Below are positions 23,456-36,124 of a DNA stretch of 64,000 nt, in pieces. Source of the stretch: Amoebidium appalachense (taxonomy: Eukaryota > Protista > Ichthyosporea); assembly GCA_963693365.1 (NCBI GenBank), contig CAVNZM010000006.1, forward strand, positions 4,381,264-4,445,263, given 5' to 3'. Each line of letters opens with the position of its first letter. Within the stretch, counting starts at the first letter, position 1. Both the position numbers and the translations under genes were made by a program. The notes beneath the pieces were generated by a model that was not told the DNA's origin, made no database searches, and saw only the letters and a list, made by a program, of their open reading frames with translations.

Positions 23456-25327
23456 CTACCAATCCGTCAGCTCAAACTCCACATCGATGGGTGTCTCGAT
23501 GGCAAACGCCAGAGGAATGCTCACCTCCTGCCCAGCCCTAACCGTCGTCTTAACTTCCAAATTGGATCGGCGTTCAACTTGATCGCCAATTCGGGCCCTT
23601 CCTTTGGCATGAATGTCCATCCCAAACCGGGGGCGAACGATTCCTTTTTCTTCTGCTCGGGCTCACGCAGCGTCACCTTAAACCTAGCGTCCTGCGAAAG
23701 CGGCAACTGGTCGTAGATGAGCACTGAAACATCGTCCGATTTCGTGTTTTTGATTGTCGTTTTCCGGTGGAATGTGACCAGATTCACCTTGGTCATGATG
23801 CCCTGCTGCTCCTGAAGGGAACGTGGGGGCGCGTAGTTGATTTTAACGGCCCCGTCCGTACCGAGGAAAAGCCCAAACTCCTCCTGGGGAGACACATTCT
23901 CGAGTTCGGATGTAGCAATGTAATTGCTGTCCATGAACACGTTCATGGGGCCGGGAATGAGAGGGAAATGAGAATCGTTAACAACCGTCGCCTTAAGGTA
24001 GGCGTTGGTGTTGAGCTTGGGCACGGCGACGTAGGTGAACTTGGGGTTCATGTCGACGATGGTGATGGTCACCTTGTGCGGTTCGTTGTTCGACGCAATG
24101 CTCGCCGCCTTGGGAATGGAAAACGTGCAACTAGTCTGGTTCCTAGTCGCACTAGCCACCGCCACCCCCAACACCTCCAGTGCCGCCCCACCCACACCAT
24201 CCGTCGTTGATACTTCATCCGTCATCATGGGGGGTGCCCCTGCCCCAGGCAAATGCATGGCATAAGCTGCCATCATCTGCGGCATGGGCTGACCGGAGCC
24301 CTTTCGTGCCATCTTAGAGAACCGCATTGCCTGACTATTAATATCCGCCGTGCCGACAGTGATGGGCATGGGTGGGGGGGCCTTGCGCGTAACATGCGAC
24401 GTGGGAAGCTTGGGGGGAGAGCCGGCGACGGCGGGCTGTGCGGTGGAGAGGGAGAGTTGGACGGATTCTCCAATCCTCCCCCGTGCTGTTAGTCACCACA
24501 CCGTAGTACGTCAACTGCATACCCTTCGTGTTGGAATCCACACGTGCGTCGTATCTTGCCGACCACCGAGCACCATAACAAACATAGGTGAGGAGTAGCT
24601 CCCCACCCTTCATCTCCCTCTCCACCTCAATTTGGATCGTCACCTCACGCACGCTCCGGCCCGCCGGGAACTGGCGCTCCATGAGTGCGTGACGAACATC
24701 ATGCAACTCCTGTTGAACCTGCTCTTGCTTGTATTGCAGCTTTCGCAACTCATCCGCCAACACCTTCCCCTGCTCAATCTTAAACGTGATGAATCCACGA
24801 GCACCACCGATGAACTCCTTGCCACCGGAGAACAGGGATGTACCGTGGGTCTGCGCCGTTAGCTGGTCGCATACTTTTCCGGAGAATTCCTCGAGCCATT
24901 TGTTGGAATTCACCAAAATGTTGGCATTTTCCTCATGTTCCCGCAACTCGCGCGACAACTCCTTCTCGCGCAGAAGCAACGGCGCACCGGCGTTGGCATC
25001 AGGTGGGTCACTCACCATCCGGTCGGCGAAGGAAACTTCGAGAATGGTAGCGCTCCCTTTTCCACCACTAATCCTTATCGTGTCGCTTACAATCGTGGCA
25101 GGGAGACCATCAACGACAATTTCATGCAAACCGGGGGGAAGGTTCACTTGGAGTTTGCGCGTGAGTTCTGCGCGGTCAGAGTAAACACACACGGTGGAGA
25201 TGTCACACGCTTCATCCCCAACCTTTAGCTCGTGACGGGTTGGTGTGGGGTCGTTTAGCGCCATGTTTGTGGTGCTGATGTTTGGTGAGCGAATGTAGCT
25301 TGTGCCCGGGCCTTCAGAAAGGTCCAT
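23456..25327 (-). CDS. DUF4140/DUF4139 (F37C4.5/MuiA-like) protein, intronless, two apparent frameshifts (~24467, ~23563)
   Basis: Motifs VCVYSDRAELTR, LTYVCYGARWSARYDARV, NSTGEDW|VQLSLSTAQP, AVPKLNTNAYLKA, FGLFLGTD, YDQLPLSQD. The C-terminus NLEVKTTVRAGQEVSIPLAFAIETP...W* is in a third frame. The start may be the ATG at 25264. Confidence 0.85.
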
Positions 25328-25942
25328 AGATGGAACAGGAGAGATGAAAGCAGCAGGGAGAGCCCTTTACTGCCAAAAAGTCAAAAATCTAGAGGAACAA
25401 CGATTAGGAGATTATCAGATGTTATAACGTGCTCGCAGAGCGGGTGGTAAGGATCATAAGTTATGTTTTTTGCAGAGGGAGAGAGCGAGCGAGCACTGAA
25501 AACAAACAAAAAACTTTTGACACGTCACTGCGAGAAAATTCTGTTGCAACATTCCAATGACGCATGAACACCCTGGAGTTGACTCAACGTGACTTCCAGC
25601 ATTATAAAAACATTTAACCGAAAACACAGTTTAAAACGCCCGGTGACCTCTGTAACACTTATGCTGTGTAGCCGCTCAAGAAGGTCCATAAAATGGTTTG
25701 CGCAAACCCAACTGTAGTCCCTGGCTCAGTCGAAACTTTTTCAGAGCCCACAGCCACTCACGTTATTCTTTTCTTTCTTTCTTCACTAGCACTATTTCTT
25801 TCTTTCTTTCTCTTTTTTTGGACTCCCTCTTTTTTTTTTTTTAGGGGAGAAAACGGAATAACTTACAAAAAATCAGCCAACAATGAGAACTCACAAGCTG
25901 GTTTACGGCGGCATGATCACCACTCCACGCTCGTAGGTGAAC

Positions 25943-27313
25943 ATGGAGTCTTCAGACACTCTTGCCCTCGCCGTTAGAGGGCAGGTGTTCCATGTTGCTG
26001 GAGACATCCTTAAAACGTACCCGCATTCTATGCTTGATGCATGGTTCAGCGGCCGGCACGCCATCAAAACCAACATCAACGGGCAGGTGGAGATAGATTG
26101 TGACCCTTCAATTTTCTCAATCGCTTTGAAGTTTTTGCGCGGAGAGGAAATATGGCGTGATGTTTTCCAGTCCGACGGAGCGAAGGAGGGAATAAGAGAG
26201 GTTTTTGATTTCTTTGTGCTCCCGTGGCCTTTTCATGGCATTATTAAACGGGTTAATGACGACAGGCGTCTGGAACCAGTGCAATCCCTGCGGTTCGATG
26301 AGAACAGACAGGTACAATGGCGAGGAACATATTACTCTACAACTCATATGACTGTGAGGGTGTGTGGCGAGTACATTTTCCTCTGGAGACATGGGTTTTT
26401 GACAAGGTACCCACAACTTGACTGATTTAAGCAAGCGTATCGTGTACAATCTTGGAGGCAGGCGTGGTCATGGTCCCCAAAAGGGTCTGTTTATAGCAAC
26501 AAGCATGTTACAGTACGAGGGGTATAGCAACAAGCATGTTACAGTACGAGGGGGAAGGAAGAGTGAACATACGGTTTTCGAACAAACATGGGCGAGCCAT
26601 ATCAGCCATGTGGTTGGATGTAACGGGTCGCGTTACTTCCCTGGGCGAGAACGACACGCATCTCGTCGTGATGACCGAAACCACCCCCTGGTGAATGCAC
26701 GGAGCAAAGGCCACATGCTGTGAAATGCCACAGTCAAGCGATGGGGAGCCGCGGAAAATTTGGGAAATTGAAATCCTACACATGATTCCAAACCAACAGG
26801 TGGAAGTGACAGCTGAGAATTGCGTTCTCGTTCACAGAGACGGACATGTGATTATTGTGTCGGTACACACCGGTGCTGTGATTACAACCGTAACTCCCGG
26901 GTTTAGAGAGAAGATCACGTATGTTTGTATGGAAGGCGGCTGCTTGACTGTGTGTTCGGCGGCAGCAGAGTGCATCGTTTACAGCATTGAAACAGGACAC
27001 GTTGTGCTGAGGTGCGATGCAATAAGAGAACGTGGGGTGTTTCGTGTAGCTAGCGGACGAACGATCATTTTTTGGGGTTGAGATGGCTCAAGTTTTTGCG
27101 GTTGATGCATTGACGGGAATGAGAAAGTACTTGAATGTTGCAAGTCGTGCATCTGTGTCTAAGCTAGGAGTGTGAGGGTATCCTGTGTCTACGCTAGGAG
27201 TGGGAGGGTATCCGAAGATTGGGTGCTTGCATGTGAGAGACTGCTGGGTGGTTGCAGTGATAACTGAGTGCACGGAGAAACGGTTGGTTGTGTGGGACTT
27301 GAGCAGCGAGTAG
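25943..27313 (+). pseudogene. BTB/POZ (KCTD/T1-type) domain plus propeller-like C-terminus, disrupted
   Basis: LAVRGQVF....LKTYPHSMLDAWFSGR...EIDCDPSIFSIALKFLRG...FDFFVL. The downstream beta-rich frames end LVVWDL and are broken by stops and ~30-bp tandem duplications (~26492-26553, ~27154-27213). Confidence 0.7.
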
Positions 27314-27907
27314 TGGAAGTTGAAGAACCCGAAAAATAACATGGTGTATCGTGTAGGTCTGTTGTTGCAGGCAAAAAAAAAAAAAAAATCTACAGCCACT
27401 GCATATTTTTATCGAACGTATGATTAATCATTTACGGATATATAGGGGCCTTGTGGGTTCTATACCGGGTCTCGTATTTTCGAATAAAATTCCAAAAATT
27501 TCTCGCATGTGTTTTGCACCACAGACACAACGTCACCTGGGTCTGATTCTGGAAAAGTGCGAGGAAACATATTTGTAGTCGTTAAGGGTTATGGGGGGGG
27601 GGGGGGGGGGGGGGTTTGGTTTCGTAATGGCGAAGGTGGTTTGGGGGGGGAGAGAGAGGGGGGGGAGGGGGGGAGGGGGGAGGGGGTGGCGGTGGGGAGA
27701 GGGGGGGAGAGGGGGGGGGGGGGGGGGGGGGCATGGAAAGAGAGAGAGAGGGCACGCGGGAAAGCGAGACACAGAGAGGTGGCCGGGGGGGGGGGGGGGG
27801 GGGGGGGGAGGGGGGGGAAGGGGGGGGGGGATATATGTAGGGAAGGAGCCTTTCGGAGGAGGGGGGGGGGGGGGGGGGGAGAGGATGATTCGATCGAGAG
27901 AGATTTA

Positions 27908-28746
27908 GGGCCTGTTTGGCAGCACCCCAATAATCGTATTCGTATTTAGGCCCTAAATACGATCTACCGTATTTACAAAATTTATCGTGGTATGCGTATT
28001 TAGGGCCTAAATACGGTTGGTGCCGGGTGGTGCCTTCCAAACGCTGTCAGGCGTGACTGGTAAATGTCGATACATGGTTCACGAGATCTGATTGGCCCGG
28101 GCCTCGTTTACGTCACCAACGTTCGTCCCTGGCATTCCCCACATATCTGAACACATAATGAACGGTTAAAATTTGTCCTTGTCTATGCAGTACTCGTTGT
28201 GCCTGCATGTCACCGAGTTTGTACATGTACATTTGATTGTTTTTATTAATGCATATATCGGAGTCCAGTATTGTTTCAATGATTATTATGGCATATATAT
28301 ACAGTCTGAGCTTGTTATCATGCACCGTGCACGTGTAGGGTTCCTCGTCCTCTGTCTTACCTGTGCAGCCCAAATTCATGTGCCAATTTTAACTGAGCAT
28401 GTACACAAAATGACGTGCATGACACCGACCTTTGAATTGTTCACGTGCATGCGCCGGCATGCGTACTGTAGTAAAAATGTGCCCGCCGCGGCTTACGCTG
28501 TACCATTGGCTAGCTGATAGCCAATAAATGATGCGAAATGCTCTGATTGGCTAATTTCCTATATCGTATTAACGAAAATCACCTCCGGAGGTGATTTTCG
28601 TAAATACGATATAAAAGCGATCCCTATCGTATTTACAAATAATAAAAGCCCGGGGCGTGTTTGGCATGCCACGGGATCGTATACGTATTTCGGCCCTAAA
28701 TACGAATACGATAAAAAACCGTATTTAGCGCGCTACCAAACAGGCA
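27908..28746. mobile_element. PIF/Harbinger (Tourist-like) MITE
   Basis: TIRs GCCTGTTTGGCAGC / GCTACCAAACAGGC with TTA/TAA flanks, many subterminal cgtattt/aaatacg repeats, and an internal palindrome at 28560-28613. Confidence 0.6.
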
Positions 28747-28913
28747 TAATTTCAGTCGCACACATCGATTCAGTCGCACACATCGATTCAGTCGCACACA
28801 TCGATTCAAATGTCGCTCTTTATTATCTGCTAATAAATAGTATCCTTCGCGCATCCACCCCTAAACCAGGCCATCCGTGGCCCTAAGGGCCGGGGAACAC
28901 CCCCATCCATGTC

Positions 28914-30099
28914 ATGGCACATGCCTATAATCGTTTCAGAACCTCTTTCAAAGTTCCATCTACACCCATCACACATGTGCGACCATTAAAACGTCCAGCA
29001 GATACACCTACCACAGATGCACAACCAGAAAAACATCGCCTTAGACTAAGCGCAACACCTATTTACAATACACTACCCATTCAGAATAACACCACACCAC
29101 TCCGTAGAAACACAATAACAACCATGCCGAAACTTTCGGTTGATACAGTACTGGCAGAACTTGCTCCTCGTTAAGAAACAGCTAAATGAGCTGTTACCAC
29201 TCAAGAACATGATAGAAAAACTCCAAACAGAAAATACCCAACTCAAGCTCACCATTGATTCACTCACAGCCCAGCTAAACATTAGTGGATCGCAAAACCC
29301 CAAAACTCATGAGCAAACATCTCGCGACGGAGACATTTCCACCCCAACACAAAACAACACAGGACCGGAAGCACAGCTCCCGGCAGAGTTCCTAGAATAT
29401 GCGAACTCTCGTAAAACACCCGAGCTCCGCCAAATTGCCAAGGAAACATATGCCAGCATTCTTGCAGGCAACGAGTACCGCCGCAACTCCCCTCCCAAAC
29501 CGCCGGCTAAGGGGAACACCCAAGCAAACGGTAACATCAACATCCCACCCAAATACGAGAGGGTGTATTTCAAAGTCAAGCACGGCAGACGCCCACACAG
29601 GGCCATGTGGTCCATCTTCAAGGCTCTCGGCTTCCGGTGCTCTCGCATCCTTTGTCTGTCCTTCATTGGATACGATGTGCTGGAAGTAGCAGTACGGGGC
29701 GACTATAACCGTGCGTTCATCCGTGACGCGACAAAGGGGTGTGGAAGCTTCTTCACCCACCTCCCAAGCTACGACCCATGCGCGCCGGAAAACATTCAGA
29801 AAGCAGACAAAGAACGTAAAGTGTCTGCTAAGAATGCGTGCGCCACACGTTGTCGTGTACGCATCAGCAAGGCAAAAGAGTTCCTCGCAAAGTTGGAAAA
29901 CGATGCTACGAGCGTGATAGACACGGACACGAAGGAACCAATGTTTTCTGGTGAGAAACTGCTCGAGCGCAAACGCCGATGCGAGATGGAAATCGAGCTC
30001 TTCTGCGAACTGTTCGCGCTGGCGGAAGGTCGTGCATACGACCCCGTAAGCGACAAGTGGGAACCAACCCCACAGGTGTCGGACCAAACCGATGCCTAA
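28914..30099 (+). CDS. LINE ORF1 (coiled coil plus putative nucleic-acid-binding region), one frameshift near 29167
   Basis: ORFs 28914-29174 and 29140-30099 join as ...VLAELA|LVKKQLNELL... if one C is removed from gctcctc. A heptad pattern follows, and the ORF sits just before the APE. Confidence 0.75.
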
Positions 30100-33000
30100 T
30101 TTATCCTTCTTCTTCTGGAATGCTCGGACACTGGGCCCCCAAAAGGGCCTCCCCCCCGGGACACTCGACGATAAAATCAGCTACATACAACAACAGACAA
30201 ACAACCACACGTTTACAGTGATTTGCGAAACACAGTTTAAAAACCACCACAAATTCAACTCTACATTGGTCGACACATCCACACACCCCGGTTACGCGAA
30301 AAACCGAGGCATTATTGTACTTGCCGCACCACACGTGAGAGTGAAGTGCAAACCGGTAGCAAAAACGGAATTCTCGGTTTCTATAGAGTTTCTTTCTAAT
30401 GTTTTTACTTTTGTATATTACCCACCATCTATGTCGGTTGTCGAATTGACTCACGAGTTGTCACAGTTACCAATGTCCACTGTTATTTTAGGTGATTTTA
30501 ACACGCGACTCCACCACACAGACACACTGCAAGTGAGTGTCGGGTACCCATCTAAGCCCCCGGAGCGTGCTATCCCTTTAGCAAGGTATGTCCAAAGTCA
30601 CACTTTGCGGTTCCCTCAAATATCCCATGCCCACAACACCGACTGGGGAGTGGCCTTTTGGCCATCAACCATGTCAAAACTCTCTCTCCCTCCTAACCTC
30701 TCTAGGTCATCTGACCACTCTCCTATCCTTTTCCTACCTAAGATCTCCCTTGATCTGCTCCCCCCTCCCCCTCCCACCTTTCGCCTCCGTCTATCCCAGC
30801 TTAAGTCACAGTGGGGTAGAGTTGATGTATGTGTATGCTATGCTACGAAACACCCTTAGGCTATATATATGCGCCTATTAGAATCTGCACAAGCCAGGCC
30901 AGATTCACATCTCGTACTAGATACATGCACTAACTTTATTGTTGATGATTTGATAGATCTCGGTGATTATGCTGGCGGTGGTAGGAAGGAATATCCCGAT
31001 GCTCTCTTGTTACCAAACACCACTCCCGCTAGACTAGGTGAACCCCTGTCTCAAAAGGAAAGCTTGCGCCGGCTTGCTAGTATGAATCGATTTGGCCCCC
31101 CTGCTCGTATTATTGGTGATACCACTGGAGACCCCCTCATAGACTCTGATAAGTATTTCTCGGAACTGTTTAAAGATAGGACCCCCGCTCAGAAACCTAT
31201 TGTGTGGCCTGTAGACCCATCTATCCCCATAGAATCGATCCTCCCCTTTTTCAGTCCCGATGCCATATGGTCTGTGATATCTAGTTATAGCTCTAGTAAG
31301 TCTTGTGGACCTGATGGACTCCCTGCTGGGTTTCTTAAAATCCTTGTTCCCTCCTACCCACAAAAGGAAAGTGATCGTGCTATTAAACCTGATCTTACTA
31401 TCATGTTAAGCTCTCTCTTTTCTTGGTGTGTTAAATGTGGACATGTCCCGTCATCTTGGTTAGATACCTTAGTGATCCCCATAGTTAAGAAGGACTCTGA
31501 GGGCCCCATATCATCCTTTCGCCCCATTACACTAACCCAGGTTGTTCGTAGATTCTTTGAAGCTTGCTTACTTAGGTTATTTGCACATCACCCTAGGTTT
31601 CAATCTATTCTTCACATACACCCATGCCAATCCGCTTTTCGTAAAAACAATTCATGTTATGTTCAAATAATGGCACTGCACGATTCTATGCAAGTTGGTG
31701 CACAATATGTTGGCTTTATTGATTGGAAAACTGCTTACGATTCTGTCTCCCCTGGTCTCCTATGGGAAAAGCTTGCTGCACGGGGTGTACCACACTGCAT
31801 TGGTGTTCTGTTAGAAGCACTCTTGTCTCAAACCTATGGTAGAGCTGTGGTTAATGGGCATCTTTCATATGGTTTTGCTCGTACTAGAGGTCTCTTGCAG
31901 GGTTCATTGCTTAGCCCCTTTTTGTTTAACCTATTTATAGATGATTTGGCTGTCAAGATTTACGCCGAAAACGATGACCCTATTAATAACTTTCCGCCTG
32001 CACTTCTCTATGCTGATGATCTGTCCCTCCTTGCCCGTACCCCTAGACGCCTGCAAAGATTGTTCGATGTAGTGTCAGAGTGGTGCAAGGCAAACCTTAT
32101 GATCCTTAACATAGACAAATGTGGTGTTCTTGTACCTGATATAGCTAACAATTTACACACATTTACATTATCATCTAAACCTGTACCTATAGTTCCAGAA
32201 TACAAATATCTTGGTGTTCCGGTTGATTCTGTTGGTGTTATGTTTCCCCATATGGTCGAAAAGAGGGTAGAGTTGGCTCGTAAGCGGTTAGCTTTCTTCT
32301 CGGCTAATATTTTTAAAGACACACCCCTCCATCCTTCTATTAGACTTACATTTATTCGCACTTTTGTCTTCCCGGCATGTGAATATGGTTTACCCCTTCT
32401 CGCCGCTTGGATCAAGAAAGAGAGAACTAGAGCGCTTAAACCCTTGGCAAATTTCCTTGAAGCAGAAGTTGCCTCCTTTCTATCTAACAACTGTTGTAAA
32501 CCTGGGCCTGTAACGCTCTCGATATATGGTCTGGTCCCAATAGCTGCTAGAGTATCCTATCTCGCGCTGAAATTCAATAAGCACATAAGCCGCTTAAAGA
32601 AGTATTTGCCCTCCCACCCTCTCTTCTCTATCCGACCTGTCCCCTCCTCACCTCTCCCCTCTTTCCTCCCCTCTCTCTCCCCTTCTCCCCTGGGCACAAA
32701 TACAAATAAACCCCGCAATAGTGTGTGTGTGACTTTGGACTGCCACTTACTTATTAAACATGTACACAATCACAAGATAATCACGCAATATAACAAATGG
32801 AAAAAGATACCACACGACACTAGACCCGATGAAAGCATACACCTTGAAAAACTAAGCCTTATGTCTCGTTTTATATATACTGACCGCCTCAACCATATTG
32901 CCAAATATGGCACTCGCAAGTGTATAACACCTAAATACATATTACCTTCCTGTAGAACTGGTCTTTCTCTAGCTGATGGTATTATTGATCAATTACCACG

Positions 33001-33292
33001 CTTTTACTGTACACGTGCTATACAGTGGAGATCTAATAAGTATAAGGTGGCATCATTTGCATGCCCAAACAACACACACACACACCAGTTTAACCGGTCA
33101 TGTATCGCCAAATGTAGTTTGATAGACCACATAATACCGCAACACACACACGTCACATTCACAACAGACACCCAGAAAGATAGCCTACCTGTAAATTACA
33201 ACATCCTTGATTTTATACTAAACACGCGTAACTACGACCTGTTTATTAGATGTATTGATTGGCTTGAGAAACACATCACTACAAAATTATAG
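30092..33292 (+). CDS. LINE ORF2: AP endonuclease + reverse transcriptase, with one in-frame TAG (30857-30859) between the domains
   Basis: APE motifs WNAR, ICET, VYYPP, GDFN, SDH. RT motifs GPDG, FRPITL, IDWKTAYDSV, GLLQGSLLSPFLFN, LYADD, YKYLG. Cys/His-rich C-terminus. 30092-30859 and 30869-33292 are in the same frame. Confidence 0.93.
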
Positions 33293-33312
33293 CGCACGCG
33301 CACACACACACA

Positions 33313-33363
<51 letters not shown>

Positions 33364-33396
33364 CCAGCTGGTACCGAGTGTCCCGAGGGGGAGCCC

Positions 33397-33456
<60 letters not shown>

Positions 33457-33774
33457 GGGGAACCCCAACTAATTGATTTCTCCTTGTAGTCTTTATGGTG
33501 TCTCGTAGAGAAAGTAAACCCTGATATATAGTCACCACCCGACATCTATGTACGTGATCATGATATACCGCTGAGGGGATATTCCGAGCAAACCCCCCCC
33601 CCCCATACCTGAGACTGGTTCTCTTTGCCTCGAGTAAACAGCGTAAACCCCGGCATAATTTGCAGCGCTGCAGGGCCAGGCAGACTGTCCCGAATACATC
33701 GGCCGCACACGTGCACACGTACGGGTCCGACTTGCTTGTTGCAAGACACATGTGCACAGGGACTCGTTTGTCAG

Positions 33775-33805
<31 letters not shown>

Positions 33806-33851
33806 AGCCCCCACCCGCCGCCGCCGGGGCCCCTCATGATCAGGCTCCCAC

Positions 33852-34569
33852 AATGATAATTCGCACAGACTCTATATGTAGCTATTCGGACACTTTTGTC
33901 CTAATTAACCTATTTTTAGACGATCGCGCTATTTCTAGCGCAGTTGCATAGTAACCAGGCCTCAAAGAGGTGAAAAAGCTTGAAAATCACGTCATTTCGA
34001 CATAGTAACATATGTAACATGTAGGGTCTCCAAGGCCTCCTAAATAGGTGTGCTATTTAGGAGGCCTTGAGGGTCTCCGACGCCATCTCTTGGGCGCATT
34101 TGGTCATCGAAGTTGGCGACCTTCTAAGAAAACACGTATTTTTCCGCTAAATTTTAATTTAAACTAAAATAACTTTCGTTGTGTGTTTCTGGAGCGGCTA
34201 AGACCACTATGTGCTGCTAGCTAGAGATATAGGCTAACGCATGCAGAAAACCCGACCACCTAATCTTAATTCTGAGGCAACCTACCTAAGGTCCAACTTA
34301 GGGCACTTTTATCGATAAAACCTTAGCCACACTGTCCCTGTTACCACCCGTTCTACTTCTAAGACAATGTTTACGACTTTTCTTCAATTTTCTGGCTAGT
34401 TAATAAGGAAAGTAAGTACAAAAGGTTTTAAACGTGGGTCTCTTTAGCCTGGTTGCTACTAGTTCCAGTCCCTTCTATTATAGAAAGCAAAACAAAGGTA
34501 GCTTATACCCCACGAAAGGTATGCTCGAGATCACAAACCCAAAGCAGTCTGCAAAGTCTGCAACTTTAC

Positions 34570-34609
<40 letters not shown>

Positions 34610-35842
34610 CCCCCCCCTCCCTCTCTCTTTCACACCTACTGCTCCTGCTCTTTGGTTCTGCGGTGGCGTACAGGCACCCCCTTTTCCAGGTGCAGCTCGT
34701 AGCAGTTGCTTTCTGAATTTTTGTAGCACAATGCCACACCGCACCTGCTGCACATCCAGCTTACCCTGCTGCGCTTGTATCCCTTTTGATCCGTGCACGC
34801 ACATAACACAGTCGAGCCGCTTGCCGGAACCGGGTGACAGAGGTTGCTTCGTTTGGCGGTTGTGGTGTTTGTTGGCAGCGATTTTAGTATGCGCGCGCTT
34901 TGTTTGTCGGCTTGCAGAAGTGGGTTGTTGAGAAGTTCACCCGCAAGTTTTTCGCGCCACTGCTCGTTTGAAAGTGCATTCTTGTCTCCGTCTGCAATGA
35001 AATGCTTGTAGGCCAGGTAGGTGTTTACAAACACCATACCAACTAACCCAGCAAAAGTAGGTGCAGTGCCAGGGTGTGTGGGGGACCCATGCCTGCTCGA
35101 GTGAACTGTTTCCTTGCCGGAGTTTGTTGTGTACGTCTGCACTGTTGAAATATGTGAAATATCCGCGCACTGCTTTTGGCATGGGCACTTGTGTTCCGTT
35201 TTTTGTGATACGGGGAGCTCCTGCTTCCGTACTTCCTGCCGTCGTTACTACACGCATGCTGAAATCCTTATCCTGCCAACGTATGGCCCGTACTTCAACC
35301 CCTCCCTCTGTAGTGGTAGTGGCTGGTGCCCATTTCCCCCTTCCCTCCTCGCACTTCGCTGCCCTCCTCGCACTTCGCTGCCAAAAGATTGGTTGGGAAG
35401 TTTTTATGTGCCGTTTTCACGTATAGAACTGAGAAAAAGTTGAAGCGCTCTTTAAGGTTAACCATTTTCTTTTCTTTTCACCTATTTCTACCCTAATTCT
35501 ACCGTGTTCTTTTTGTTTTCTAGCGCGCAAACTATCAGGGGTGTCTTTTAGTTCGGAAACCCAAATGGTGTCCGTGATCGGACAGTCGGACACCCCAAAA
35601 CTGGGGGAAAACGGTTGCACCCATGATCTTTTGCGCGCCAAAAGCTACTCACCCTGCAGTCCTATTGGTTTCCTATAAAGACAAAAAAGGCAGGAAAATA
35701 CTAGACCTCATTGGCCATACCCAGACGGTGGGGTGTTTCCTAGTGAAAACAACGCTAGCGACGCCGCCGAAAAAGATAGGACACTTTTGTCCTTTTTAGC
35801 CATTAATTAGGACCGATTTGTCCGGGTATGCGGATTATCATT
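33852..35842 (-). mobile_element. Internally deleted piggyBac-like DNA transposon
   Basis: Transposase remnant inside. Imperfect inverted ends aatgataattcgca...cggaca...gtcctaattaa / ttaattaggac...tgtccg...tgcggattatcatt. Exact termini uncertain. Confidence 0.6.
34636..35420 (-). pseudogene. piggyBac-type DDD transposase C-terminal half, frameshifted
   Basis: AIRWQDK...P..VRGYFTYFNSADVHNKLRQG...LEQAW...|F.GLVGMVFVNTYLAY...WREKLAGELL, plus the Cys-rich tail CSRCGVALC....CYELH. Confidence 0.8.
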
Positions 35843-36077
35843 TACAATCATCAAAGAACTTGAGACACACACGCATGTACACACACACCAGTGCACGCGC
35901 GCATACACACATGTACACCGAGAGAGAGTGAGAGAGAGAGAGAGATTTGAAGAGGGGGGGGGGGGGGGGGGAGGGGGGGGGGGGGAAGAGCTGACCAGCT
36001 GACCCACATGTGCATCTAAACTAGTAGGAGTTTGTGTTAAGGTGGTTTTAAATTTAATTCCGATTTTCAAGGGACTC

Positions 36078-36124
<47 letters not shown>

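Larger units (their letters stand above)
28753..33651 (+). mobile_element. Full-length APE-RT non-LTR retrotransposon (LINE) with 10-bp TSD GGCATAATTT
   Basis: TSD at 28743-28752 and 33652-33661. The 5' end has 3 x 18-bp ttcagtcgcacacatcga, followed by ORF1, ORF2 (APE+RT), (CA)n, an internal poly(A) and a ~195-bp tail ending gcgtaaacccc. Confidence 0.95.
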
